A stretch of DNA of 64,000 bases. Origin: a virus. The position numbers were made by a program, and so were the translations under genes. Under the pieces are notes generated by a model. That model had not been told where the DNA came from. It was given only the letters and a program-made list of their open reading frames with translations, and made no database searches. The stretch spans positions 64,001-128,000 of the IMG/VR virus record IMGVR_UViG_3300017917_002441. The stretch is one strand, 5' to 3'. Positions 29,372 through 38,418 of the stretch are shown here, piece by piece; within the stretch, counting starts at the first letter, position 1, and every line of letters starts with the position of its first letter.

Positions 29372-29401
29372 ATGTTGCAGAGCAACATATAATCATAAAT
29401 A
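29372..29401 (+). promoter_or_regulatory. PhaR-like palindrome + late-type promoter
   Basis: ATGTTGC-AGA-GCAACAT perfect palindrome; TAAATA starting 8 nt after the box end. Confidence 0.55.
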
Positions 29402-29413
29402 AGTTGGAGATGA

Positions 29414-29472
29414 GAAGTTGCTGGGTGGTCCGGGGCTTCAAATAACGCTCGCTTTATACAAGGAGAAACAAA
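29414..29472 (+). promoter_or_regulatory. ROSE-like leader of the phasin-like gene
   Basis: GAAGT-TG-CTGG/CCGG-G-GCTTC hairpin, then CTCGCTT/AAGGAG. Confidence 0.6.
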
Positions 29473-29739
29473 ATGGAATTTACAAAATTTGATCTAAACA
29501 AGATGTTTGACATCACTACAGCTATTGACAGCCTAGAAAAAGGTGCCGCTAGCGTGGTTGGCTACTTGCCCGAACAAGTTCGTGGCACAGTGGAAACAGT
29601 GAACAAAGCCAACTTTGATTTGGCACGTAACAGCGCCAAGGCAGTGACCAAGTACATTGAAGTTGTGCAAAAGGTTACCAAAGAATCCACTGAAGGATTC
29701 ACCAAAGCTGTAGAAAAAACAGTTAAGGCCGCTGCCTAA
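29473..29739 (+). CDS. phasin-like amphipathic helical protein
   Basis: 88 aa, A/K/T/V-rich helices, PhaR-like box upstream; family assignment is inference. Confidence 0.5.
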   Translation: MEFTKFDLNKMFDITTAIDSLEKGAASVVGYLPEQVRGTVETVNKANFDLARNSAKAVTKYIEVVQKVTKESTEGFTKAVEKTVKAAA

Positions 29740-29762
29740 TCTGTTGTTTTTTTACAACACTC

Positions 29763-29792
29763 AAAGCCTCCCCTAGCGGGAGGTTTTCTTTT
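29763..29792 (+). terminator. intrinsic terminator
   Basis: AAAGCCTCCC-CTAGC-GGGAGGTTTT followed by T tract. Confidence 0.8.
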
Positions 29793-29794
29793 GG

Positions 29795-29824
29795 TTGACT
29801 AATTATTGACTTTTCTGCTATACT
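29795..29824 (+). promoter_or_regulatory. sigma70 promoter
   Basis: TTGACT-N18-TATACT with TG extension. Confidence 0.65.
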
Positions 29825-29855
29825 AGCTATACGATTGTAACCTAGAGGAAAGTCA

Positions 29856-30548
29856 ATGAAACACACTGTTATGAGTATTGCTGTAGTAGCCGCCCTAGGC
29901 TTGTCAGCATGTAGTTCAACTAAAACTGCTGATGTCGGCGCCGGCGCCTTGGTGTCACCTGGGGCACAACAAGCCATCAGCGAGCAACGTCTTGAAAACA
30001 GTTTCAAGAGACAAGGTATCAAAGTCGTTTACTCAATGTCGGGCAAGCTTGAGGCAATTGAAACCACAGGCTATGCGCCAGTCTGGGGCAGTAGCCAAAA
30101 TGCCGCACGTGAAGCATTTCGTGTTGCAGAGCTAGAAGCCAAGAAGTCGCTTAATGACTTTATTAATCAAGAAACTATTCGTACTTCAACTTCTGTACGC
30201 ATGATTTCCAAGAACTTGGAAAAAGCCACAGACAACAAAACCAACAACTTTGCCACAAATCGCGGACGCGATTCAGTAGCAGCCATGACCGAGGATGGTG
30301 ACTTGACTGGCGAAACTCAAGCTGGCGATGTCAACCGCGAAGAGAATACCGCACTACGCAAGGATGCGCTGGCCATTGCTAGTCGTGTAAACACCACAAT
30401 TGTTACACAAAACCGTGGTATCCTTGGTGGCTTGTACCTTGTGGAGGGCAACGTCATCAATGATGGCAAAACTGTGCGTGTGGTATATCGTTGGGACGAA
30501 AAGCACACCGAAGTTCGCAAAATGGTTCGCAACGCAATGGCGCAATAA
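29856..30548 (+). CDS. lipoprotein (LPP20-like)
   Basis: Lipobox LSAC; A...AELEAKK.L..FI helix. Confidence 0.75.
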   Translation: MKHTVMSIAVVAALGLSACSSTKTADVGAGALVSPGAQQAISEQRLENSFKRQGIKVVYSMSGKLEAIETTGYAPVWGSSQNAAREAFRVAELEAKKSLNDFINQETIRTSTSVRMISKNLEKATDNKTNNFATNRGRDSVAAMTEDGDLTGETQAGDVNREENTALRKDALAIASRVNTTIVTQNRGILGGLYLVEGNVINDGKTVRVVYRWDEKHTEVRKMVRNAMAQ

Positions 30549-30550
30549 TC

Positions 30551-31627
30551 ATGCGTTGGCTAGCAACTGTTCTGGCTGTGGTGTTGCTGTCACAGCCAGT
30601 TCAAGCACAAACTGTTGGGGCGGCATTGCTGATACCCAGCCCTGTTAGTGTTGCACTCACACTTGGCCACTGGGTCATGACACGTGACAACCGCAAGGTG
30701 TTTTACGTAGAGGTACAAAGCCAGGCCGAAACTTTCACCGCGGCTCGCAGTGAAGGTTATAGGTTAGCAGTGGAACATGCTGTGGGCAGTTTGATCTTGA
30801 GCGAAACAGAAGTGCGTAACAGTCGCATGACACGTGAAGAAATCACTACCTATGCATCGGGTTACGTAGATCGGTTTGAAGTTGTTAGCGAGAAAAAAGT
30901 ACCCGGCGGTGTGCAACTGCACATGAAGGTATGGGTTGCGCACTCAGCGTTGGCAAACCGCTTGCTAAACCAAAGTGCCACAGCTGGCCGAGTAGAGGGC
31001 GAACGTATAAATGCGCAGATTGAAACATTTCGCACTGAACGCCAAGCTGGAGACCGTGTGTTGAATGCAGTGCTACGTGACTTTCCGCATAGAGCATTTG
31101 ATTTCCGTATGGAACCTACTCAAGTCATAGTTGACAATCAACGCAGGCCGCATTTGAGAATTGTATTTTCTATGAGTTGGAACACTGCATATCTCACAGC
31201 ACTGGGCGAAGCAGTGACCAAGGTAAATCAACGTCAAAACTGTAACAGTTGGCTCAAGCACTGCCAAACCACAAACACCGTGCAAGTGGTAATGAACAAC
31301 TACAGCTCAAACCCACAGGGTTGGTTTGACGACAATGTAGCCTGGAACATTTTTCATGAACACTTGATCCTAAGCAAGCCTCAAATACTAGTAACCATTC
31401 GTGATGCCGGTGGAACCAAACGATTTGAACAGTGCTGGAGCGCAGCCGAGCTGGATCACAGCAGTTATGCGCCCTGGCATTATGCCGAAGTTGGGCCCGG
31501 AGCGGTCACGGTACACGGACTCAAACAACGCAAATTTGATGGATTTTTGGATATATCCAATCAGCGTGTAGAAACGTTTGATCGGGTAGAATTGCGAGCT
31601 GTAAGGGCAACTCAGTGTCCGGCTTAG
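30551..31627 (+). CDS. secreted hypothetical protein (FlgT/LPP20 N-terminal-like)
   Basis: Signal peptide VQA; AR....AVE.AVG..I.SET pattern. Confidence 0.65.
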   Translation: MRWLATVLAVVLLSQPVQAQTVGAALLIPSPVSVALTLGHWVMTRDNRKVFYVEVQSQAETFTAARSEGYRLAVEHAVGSLILSETEVRNSRMTREEITTYASGYVDRFEVVSEKKVPGGVQLHMKVWVAHSALANRLLNQSATAGRVEGERINAQIETFRTERQAGDRVLNAVLRDFPHRAFDFRMEPTQVIVDNQRRPHLRIVFSMSWNTAYLTALGEAVTKVNQRQNCNSWLKHCQTTNTVQVVMNNYSSNPQGWFDDNVAWNIFHEHLILSKPQILVTIRDAGGTKRFEQCWSAAELDHSSYAPWHYAEVGPGAVTVHGLKQRKFDGFLDISNQRVETFDRVELRAVRATQCPA

Positions 31628-31696
31628 GTTGGATAAGTACTAGCGATGTCCAAGATCTGTGTTACACTTAATATACATAGATAAAGGTCTAATAGA

Positions 31697-32281
31697 ATGT
31701 CTGATAAAATGTCCCAAGATATTGATCTAGAAAAATCACCCGGTCAGCTGTTGCAAGACAATGGCATGTACGTTTTCATGGATGACGTTGACAACGACAC
31801 CATTAGGCCCATTGTTGAGTGGATCTTGGTAGAAAACCATGTTACTAAACGCAAGAAAAAAGAATTGCTGTTGATGATTTGCAGTTCTGGCGGGGAAATG
31901 GAGCCAGCATTTGCACTGATTGATGTTATGAAGAGCAGTTCTATTCCCATTAAAACAGTGGGCTTGGGACAAATATCCAGCTGTGGACTGCTGATCTTTT
32001 TAGCAGGCGCACGTGGACGCAGGATCCTTACACCTAACACATCAATTTTAAGTCACCAATACAGCTGGGGCAGTGAAGGTAAACATCACGAACTATGGGC
32101 AATGACCAAGGAGTTTGGTCTGGCGCAAGAACGTATGTTGCGCCATTACAAAGAATGCACTGGCTTGAGTCATGAAGAAATCAAAGACAAACTGTTGCCA
32201 CCGCATGATGTGTGGCTCAGCTCAAAAGAAGCCCTGGACCTGGGCATTTGCGATTACGTCAGCGACTTAACCAAGAAATAA
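31697..32281 (+). CDS. divergent ClpP-family protease
   Basis: ICSSGG, Ser in ISSCG, His in SHQ, Asp in HDVWL, EA.DLG.CD. Confidence 0.85.
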   Translation: MSDKMSQDIDLEKSPGQLLQDNGMYVFMDDVDNDTIRPIVEWILVENHVTKRKKKELLLMICSSGGEMEPAFALIDVMKSSSIPIKTVGLGQISSCGLLIFLAGARGRRILTPNTSILSHQYSWGSEGKHHELWAMTKEFGLAQERMLRHYKECTGLSHEEIKDKLLPPHDVWLSSKEALDLGICDYVSDLTKK

Positions 32282-33868
32282 TTAACGACGTCGTTCACGA
32301 CCCAGTGTTGTAGCACTGTAGTCGGGCTCACGTGTCTTGGCGGCTTTTACGCCAGGGCCAGTCAATCTTGATCCTGATGTGACCTGATCTAACTTTTCTG
32401 TTTCGGCTTCGGCGTCTACTGGTGCCGCATCCACTGGCACATCTGTATCTTTGTTGCCGCCACCGTTGTAGCTGAAACTGATACGCCCAATAATGCCTGT
32501 TGCTGAATACACCTTTGTGGCATCTAGGCCCACAGTACCACGGAAGTCAGGCGGATACTTTGAAGTAAACCCTGTGACAGTGTAGTTACCACTTTTTTCA
32601 TTGCCATTGAGGTGTAGCTGAATAATAGGACTTACATTCAAGAACTTCAAGCAGGCTTCGCCAAACTTGGGGTCTTGGTTAACGTTTACAGCAACACGGC
32701 GAGCCAGTGCTGCCAAGGCATGATATCCGCGATTGTATCTAGGATTGTCTGTTTTGGCTTTGATGTCGCCCATGAGCTCTACTATGGCTGGATTGGTACT
32801 TTCAGCATTGGTCTTGATCATTTGCTTGATTTCTGTGCCAGTGGCCTCATCAATCAAACCTTGTTTGATACCGTACACTATGGGGAAGTCTACAGCACTG
32901 AGTTTACCGATTTCCTCAATGATTGCAACTTGTGGTTGGTAGGAATTCAGCAACGTTTCCATTTTCTTTTTACGTGCTGTTTCAACACCGTCAGAAATGT
33001 TTTTAACAGATGCGCTGGCACCTTTTTCGCCCTTGCTTGAAATGCCAATTTCCACACCACTGGGGTGAAATAGGTAACTGTCCACAAGTCCGTTGTTTTT
33101 GTCAGCTGGGAAGTTGATTTGACTGCCTTCAAAACTGCCCCTGGGGCCTAGGATATCTTTACGTGCGGCTTCTGCCCCGGCACCCATGTTCATGCCTTGT
33201 ATCAGTGCAATAGGACCAATGGTTTCGCCCAAGTCATCTCGCACAGCAGTGGCCATTTCGCCAACGTTGTCAAATGTGGGCAGTTTGCCTGTTAGCAATA
33301 CATCCATACCTGGGCGTATTTTGTCTATATGTGCCAGTTGATCTGGCGTAGTACCTGGGCGTGTGCCCATGGCAGCCACAGTGTCAGCTGGGGTAGCAAA
33401 AGTTGAGTTTGCTGGGAAGAGATCTGCTGGCTTGAGTTTGTAATATGCGCCTTTGAGACTCACTGCTTTGTTTAATTGCCAACCGCCGGGAAGGTCGTTG
33501 TTTTTCCAGAATCCAGCCATGTCTGGTTTGATTTCGTTGAAGAATCTACCAAAGTATGTTTTTTCCCCCGGCGCTGGCCCATCAAAGGTAAGTATGGCAA
33601 ATGCTTTGGTAGCCGGGCCAGGCTTGTTGCTCCAAGTTATAGCTGGGTATTGTTTGAACAACTCTACCCCTACAACAGCCATTTCATCGTAGTTGGCATA
33701 CGCACCGGGCATGCTGGGATAATATTCGGCTTTGTCAAACACAATTTCCGCAGTGGGGTTGTCTTTTGTGCCTTGGAAAAAGCTGTCGCCTTTTTCTCGG
33801 TACAATAAGCCGCGTGATTTTTCCATTAACAGTGAATCTAACCGATCTAGTATGTCTCTCATTTGCAT
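32282..33868 (-). CDS. large hypothetical, possible PD-(D/E)xK nuclease fold, probable late/virion protein
   Basis: LVDSY...IGISSK motif; leader MRDILDRLDSLLME; TAAGTA box upstream. Confidence 0.5.
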   Translation of the reverse strand: MQMRDILDRLDSLLMEKSRGLLYREKGDSFFQGTKDNPTAEIVFDKAEYYPSMPGAYANYDEMAVVGVELFKQYPAITWSNKPGPATKAFAILTFDGPAPGEKTYFGRFFNEIKPDMAGFWKNNDLPGGWQLNKAVSLKGAYYKLKPADLFPANSTFATPADTVAAMGTRPGTTPDQLAHIDKIRPGMDVLLTGKLPTFDNVGEMATAVRDDLGETIGPIALIQGMNMGAGAEAARKDILGPRGSFEGSQINFPADKNNGLVDSYLFHPSGVEIGISSKGEKGASASVKNISDGVETARKKKMETLLNSYQPQVAIIEEIGKLSAVDFPIVYGIKQGLIDEATGTEIKQMIKTNAESTNPAIVELMGDIKAKTDNPRYNRGYHALAALARRVAVNVNQDPKFGEACLKFLNVSPIIQLHLNGNEKSGNYTVTGFTSKYPPDFRGTVGLDATKVYSATGIIGRISFSYNGGGNKDTDVPVDAAPVDAEAETEKLDQVTSGSRLTGPGVKAAKTREPDYSATTLGRERRR

Positions 33869-33915
33869 AGTTCCAAAGAATATGTTATACTTATCTAACA
33901 CAACAAGGAGAAAAG

Positions 33916-34110
33916 ATGTTTACACCGCACTATTTCATTGACAACGTACAACAACTCAAACGCAATACTGTAGCCAGTTTAGTAAGTAATCCTGTGCTCA
34001 AGGATGAAATGCTTACTTTGATTGATGCACAAACACAATTTTACAAATCCACAGTCAATAGTTCGCTGGCAATTCTTGCCGCAACAGTCAAGACCGTTGA
34101 ACCCAAATAA
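33916..34110 (+). CDS. small helical protein, possible second phasin-like paralogue
   Basis: MF.....ID pattern shared with 29473-29739; AAGGAG RBS. Confidence 0.5.
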   Translation: MFTPHYFIDNVQQLKRNTVASLVSNPVLKDEMLTLIDAQTQFYKSTVNSSLAILAATVKTVEPK

Positions 34111-34122
34111 CAAGGAAACCCT

Positions 34123-34713
34123 GTGCCTAATCTAGTACCCATTGTTCTTGAACAAACCTCCAAAGGTGAACGCAGTTACGACATCTATAGCCGTTTGCTG
34201 AAAGACCGCATTATCATGCTGGACAACGAAGTCAGTGAGCACAGCGCCAGCTTGATTGTAGCTCAATTGTTGTTTCTTGAAAGCGAAGATCCCGACAAAG
34301 ACATTAGCTTTTACATCAACTCTCCTGGCGGCGTAGTCACAGCAGGTATGGCAATTTACGATACCATGCAGTTTATCAAGCCCGATGTACAGACCATTGT
34401 CATGGGACAGGCCTGCTCCATGGGTTCGTTGTTGGCGCAAGCCGGAGCCCCGGGCAAACGCATGATACTGCCCAATGCCAGACACATGATTCATCAGCCC
34501 AGCGGTGGTGCTCGTGGACAAGCCACAGACATACAGATTCAAGCTCAAGAAATACTCAAAATGAAAAAGAACTTGACAGAAGTTTATGTCAAACATAACT
34601 CAGCTGACAAAACATTTGAACAGCTCAGTGCTGACATGGAACGCGATTTCTTTATGAGTGCAGAAGAAGCAGTGGCCTATGGGTTAGCAGACAAGATTAT
34701 TGACAAACGCTGA
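34123..34713 (+). CDS. clpP: ATP-dependent Clp protease proteolytic subunit ClpP
   Basis: DIYSRLL, YINSPGG, ACSMG, MIHQP, ERD. Confidence 0.97.
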   Translation: MPNLVPIVLEQTSKGERSYDIYSRLLKDRIIMLDNEVSEHSASLIVAQLLFLESEDPDKDISFYINSPGGVVTAGMAIYDTMQFIKPDVQTIVMGQACSMGSLLAQAGAPGKRMILPNARHMIHQPSGGARGQATDIQIQAQEILKMKKNLTEVYVKHNSADKTFEQLSADMERDFFMSAEEAVAYGLADKIIDKR

Positions 34714-35852
34714 TGTTTTTCCATATAGACAAACAATCACAAGAGAATTACCCCTGTCACTGGCAGCTGGGTAATTTTTCTATCAGTACTGACACCGGAT
34801 GGCAGCTTGCTCAAGCCGGAGACCGTGTAGTTTTATACAAAGGTTATGTTGACAATGGCCCTATAGAATCTTTTCTAGAACAAATAGTACAGCAGGTCAC
34901 TCCCCAGTTAACTGGTAATTTTTGTTTGCTCACGCTAGATCAAGGCAAAGTTTGCATCAAAACGGATCTATATCGAAGTTTTCCCATTTACATTGGCAAC
35001 CACAATGTCAATAACTTGATCCCGCAGGATCGCATTGCATGGTGTGATAGCCTGGTCACTGTAGACAATGATTTTTGTGTCACTGAAAACAAGTTTGATG
35101 TGATTGGTAATACAGAAATCAAAATCAGTGCCATTGATGACATTGATGCTCGGCTGACCAAAAAAGTGCAACAATTTGGTCAACAAGTCAGCCAACCCAT
35201 AAAGATTTTTTTAAGTGGTGGAGTGGACACGCTGTTGGTGTATAGTTACGTAAAAAAATTACAAATACCACATGAACTGGTTTGGAATCAGCACTGTGAT
35301 TTAGACTGGTTCACGTTGCAAAATCACAGCGAAATGCAAAAACACTGGGGCTATACTCAGATACACTATTGGAAAGATTCAACTGTGCTGGCATCGGGCG
35401 CACCTGGCGATGAATTTACGTTGCGTAGTCCAACCACAGCCAACTGGTATTTGTTGCACCATGGTACCAATATTTTAGATTTGTTGTTGGACTATCCCTC
35501 CTGTTTGCATCGTGAATATTTTACCAGGTACACAGATGCACTTCGGCAACAAATACAAAGTTACAAACCCGCTGACAGTGATGCTGATTTAGTCTGGAAA
35601 TTGTGTAACAATGTATCAAATGACTGGCAACATTGGCACATTGGTAAAACTTTGACCTGGACGCCTTTGCGTGATTTGGAGTTGTTCAAAATGTTTTTGT
35701 CATTGCCTCGGGAACTAGCCACACAACAGATTATGGACAGTGCGGTCAGCAAAACCTTGATTGAGCGCAATAGTCCCGGTCTGACCGCTGTGCTCAGTGA
35801 TCAAAAAAATCATGGAAACTTCATGAAAAACTTGACAAAAATACTACAATAA
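34713..35852 (+). CDS. asparagine-synthetase-like PP-loop protein
   Basis: LSGGVDT PP-loop, SG..GDE, TPLRD; no N-terminal Cys. Confidence 0.65.
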   Translation: MFFHIDKQSQENYPCHWQLGNFSISTDTGWQLAQAGDRVVLYKGYVDNGPIESFLEQIVQQVTPQLTGNFCLLTLDQGKVCIKTDLYRSFPIYIGNHNVNNLIPQDRIAWCDSLVTVDNDFCVTENKFDVIGNTEIKISAIDDIDARLTKKVQQFGQQVSQPIKIFLSGGVDTLLVYSYVKKLQIPHELVWNQHCDLDWFTLQNHSEMQKHWGYTQIHYWKDSTVLASGAPGDEFTLRSPTTANWYLLHHGTNILDLLLDYPSCLHREYFTRYTDALRQQIQSYKPADSDADLVWKLCNNVSNDWQHWHIGKTLTWTPLRDLELFKMFLSLPRELATQQIMDSAVSKTLIERNSPGLTAVLSDQKNHGNFMKNLTKILQ

Positions 35853-35912
35853 AATCAATGACTTAGCAACGTATTTTTGTTGGTTGACCAAAAAACCCCA
35901 TTTTGCTACAAT
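35853..35912 (+). promoter_or_regulatory. IHF-like site + sigma70 promoter
   Basis: AATCAATGACTTA (WATCAANNNNTTR); TTGACC-N17-TACAAT at 35884-35912. Confidence 0.75.
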
Positions 35913-35941
35913 AGAGTTACTGTGTTAAACAAGGAGCCAAA

Positions 35942-36283
35942 ATGGAATACACTGTAGAGCAAGTCAAAGCAATCGTGGCCGAAGCCCGCGAAGAAGCAAA
36001 AAAGGCCGCTGATGAGTTTTTCCAAAAAAAATTGGGAGGCCAAGATCAGTATGCTTGTGGGTTTGCCTGGGTCAATATCTACGGCGTCAAAGGCAACACC
36101 AAGCTGGGCAAAACTCTCAAAGCCGCTGGTCTCAAACAAGACTATACCAAGGCGTTTAGCATCTGGAATCCCAGCGAACACAATTGCCAAAATATCGATA
36201 CCAAAGAAGCTGGCGCCAATGCCGCGGCCAAGGTGTTTGAGAAATATGGTTTTCGTGCCTATGCTGGTTCACGTTTGGATTAA
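35942..36283 (+). CDS. conserved phage hypothetical
   Basis: CGFAWV...Q....KE.GA.A....SRLD pattern. Confidence 0.75.
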   Translation: MEYTVEQVKAIVAEAREEAKKAADEFFQKKLGGQDQYACGFAWVNIYGVKGNTKLGKTLKAAGLKQDYTKAFSIWNPSEHNCQNIDTKEAGANAAAKVFEKYGFRAYAGSRLD

Positions 36284-36292
36284 GGGGAGATC

Positions 36293-36457
36293 ATGACTGT
36301 AAATGACCTGCGCGAACAAATCTCAGTCCTAGATGACACTGAGCTTTGGAATCAACTTGAGCTTTACCAAGGCCTGCAAAGTCGTGGTGTACGCGATGAA
36401 ATCATGCTCACACTGTTGGAAGACGAGACCTACAGCCGGACAGAATTAGACATTTAG
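36293..36457 (+). CDS. small acidic protein (not in ORF track)
   Basis: 54 aa MTVNDLREQ..., GGGGAG RBS. Confidence 0.55.
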   Translation: MTVNDLREQISVLDDTELWNQLELYQGLQSRGVRDEIMLTLLEDETYSRTELDI

Positions 36458-36530
36458 TCTCCGCCCTGGTCCAATCTGGGCAGATGCTAGGCATCCTAAG
36501 TCCTAAATCCAGGATAAAGATTGGTAACGT

Positions 36531-36584
36531 GCTAAGTCATTGATTTCTAAAGGAAAATTTTTCTAATAGAATCAATGACTTAGC
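36531..36584. repeat. 15-bp perfect inverted repeat of IHF-like sites
   Basis: GCTAAGTCATTGATT-N24-AATCAATGACTTAGC. Confidence 0.85.
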
Positions 36585-36598
36585 TACGTATAAAACAG

Positions 36599-36651
36599 TT
36601 GACCAAAAATGCCCAATTTGCTATAATATAGGTATAGTGAACGAAAAGGAG
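36599..36651 (+). promoter_or_regulatory. promoter-RBS cassette (variant A)
   Basis: TTGACC-N17-TATAAT-ATAGGTATAGTG..AAGGAG. Confidence 0.85.
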
Positions 36652-36657
36652 CAAGCA

Positions 36658-37035
36658 ATGAGTGAGCAATTCAAGAGCTGGGAAGAACTGAGTCGCAAAG
36701 AGCAGTTGGCCGCTACTCACTATGATTTTTACAAAGACGTTCATGGCATCCGCCCACGTTGGATGAACTATGACGACATGACCGAAGCCGAGCTCGAAGC
36801 CGAACTTGAGCAGTTGGGTCGTGAAAGCGAAATCCAAGCTCGCGAAGAGCAGTGCCAACAAGAAGCCGCGGCTCATGATTTTGAAACTCGTGTGCAGATG
36901 TTGTTGGGCGCAGGTGCCAAGACACGTGAGCAAGCTATTAAATGGATACACGAAGCCGAAGGTTCGGATGGTGACGATGAGTACTTGTGCTTCTTGCTAG
37001 GTTTACGATATGGTTATTTTAGGAAGGCGGCCTAA
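36658..37035 (+). CDS. conserved phage hypothetical
   Basis: DFYKDVHGIRPR motif. Confidence 0.75.
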   Translation: MSEQFKSWEELSRKEQLAATHYDFYKDVHGIRPRWMNYDDMTEAELEAELEQLGRESEIQAREEQCQQEAAAHDFETRVQMLLGAGAKTREQAIKWIHEAEGSDGDDEYLCFLLGLRYGYFRKAA

Positions 37036-37220
37036 TGGACAAGAAGAAATTGTATAGCATACGTTATACCTTGAGCCCAGATCAGATCATGACCTTTGTG
37101 GGCGGCTTACACGGCATGCAGGCCGATATGATCGAAGAGGTTGTGGCTCGTAAGGAAAAAGAGGGATTCCCCGAAGCCACCGCAGTTATTGAACACATCA
37201 AGTCACTGGATAAGAAATGA
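37035..37220 (+). CDS. hypothetical protein
   Basis: 61 aa, coupled. Confidence 0.6.
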   Translation: MDKKKLYSIRYTLSPDQIMTFVGGLHGMQADMIEEVVARKEKEGFPEATAVIEHIKSLDKK

Positions 37221-37573
37221 AAATTTTTCAAGAAGTTACTAGCTGGGCCGACGTTGCAGTGCCTCCCAACCATGTGTATCTCATGGACGGTGACAAGGCC
37301 TATGCATACGTGCCCTGGGGCAAAGGTAAGCCGCAGTACTTCAAGAATTTCATTAGGCTTGATCGACGCGGCCGCAAGTTTGTAGAAGTTAAACAAGACA
37401 CTTGGGGATTCAAGTTTGATGCAGAGCCACAAGGCCGTAGTTGGACAGTAAAAGGTAGCAAAGGCGACGAGTATCATGTCACAGAAAACAGTGGAGATTT
37501 CCAGTGTACGTGTACCGGCTTTAGGTTCCGCGGAGCCTGTAAGCACATCGAAAGTATTCGTCAAGCGGTTTGA
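37217..37573 (+). CDS. SWIM zinc-finger protein
   Basis: GSKG..Y.V...CTC.GF...CKH. Confidence 0.8.
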   Translation: MKIFQEVTSWADVAVPPNHVYLMDGDKAYAYVPWGKGKPQYFKNFIRLDRRGRKFVEVKQDTWGFKFDAEPQGRSWTVKGSKGDEYHVTENSGDFQCTCTGFRFRGACKHIESIRQAV

Positions 37574-37583
37574 CAGCGTTTCA

Positions 37584-37730
37584 ATGGAACAGTGGGGCGA
37601 GATGCGTGATTGGTGCTACAACAATCTCTACCACGGTGGTTACTATGAGCCCAACTGGCATCATCAATACCCCAGTTTCTATTTCACAGACGAAAAGGAA
37701 TATACTCTGTTCTTGTTGAGGTGGGCATGA
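37584..37730 (+). CDS. small protein of the F.LRW-ending family
   Basis: W....WC...F....FLLRW; paralogous end to 37727 and 44909 genes. Confidence 0.55.
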   Translation: MEQWGEMRDWCYNNLYHGGYYEPNWHHQYPSFYFTDEKEYTLFLLRWA

Positions 37731-37930
37731 TAAAGAAACAATATCACAGAATGACTCCAGGTTATTTCTACAACTTTGTCAACAGTCAAAAAGATATGGA
37801 TTCCTATATTGAAGATGGGTTGCGTCCATATAAGGCCACTTTGGGAAAGAGTAAGAATCGTAACTACAAGTTAAATGTAAAATGGCATGATCTAAAGATG
37901 TATGCAATATTTGTGTTGAGGTGGTCATGA
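37727..37930 (+). CDS. small protein of the F.LRW-ending family
   Basis: Ends AIFVLRWS. Confidence 0.55.
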   Translation: MIKKQYHRMTPGYFYNFVNSQKDMDSYIEDGLRPYKATLGKSKNRNYKLNVKWHDLKMYAIFVLRWS

Positions 37931-38217
37931 ACATTCAATATCGCTTTATAGGGTGGTGCAGGGACGAGCTTAAAAACGCCGACAAGGTCTGGGGTGCCAT
38001 TGCCATCAGCAACAACAAATGCATTACCTTCTGGGGGCGTCGCGGCAAAGCTCTTCAAACCAAGGTGGTCAATGATGACTGGGACCTTGACCGGCTGATC
38101 AACAAAAAACGCGACAAAGGATACCGCAGTGTTGACCAACAGCACTTGGAACGTGTGTATCCCGAATTCCAAAGTGACTTGGAACGTACCGCAGTTTGGG
38201 GGATGTTGCGGGCATAA
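37927..38217 (+). CDS. WGR-domain-like protein
   Basis: DKVW...FWGRRG...KKRDKGY. Confidence 0.65.
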   Translation: MNIQYRFIGWCRDELKNADKVWGAIAISNNKCITFWGRRGKALQTKVVNDDWDLDRLINKKRDKGYRSVDQQHLERVYPEFQSDLERTAVWGMLRA

Positions 38218-38418
38218 AAAAATCTGGGGAGTTACCCCCAGATTTCTCGGTACTTCTGTAAAGCCAATTGTCTGGCCATGTACAATCTTAACTTGACATA
38301 ATCTGAAAGTTCTTCCTCGTCCACCAAGTCAGGTCGCCGGTAACTGCGATGTACTGCATCAGCAAACTCAATTTCAACTTCACAATCTTCAAATTCGAGT
38401 ATTATGGCCTGAGTTGGA

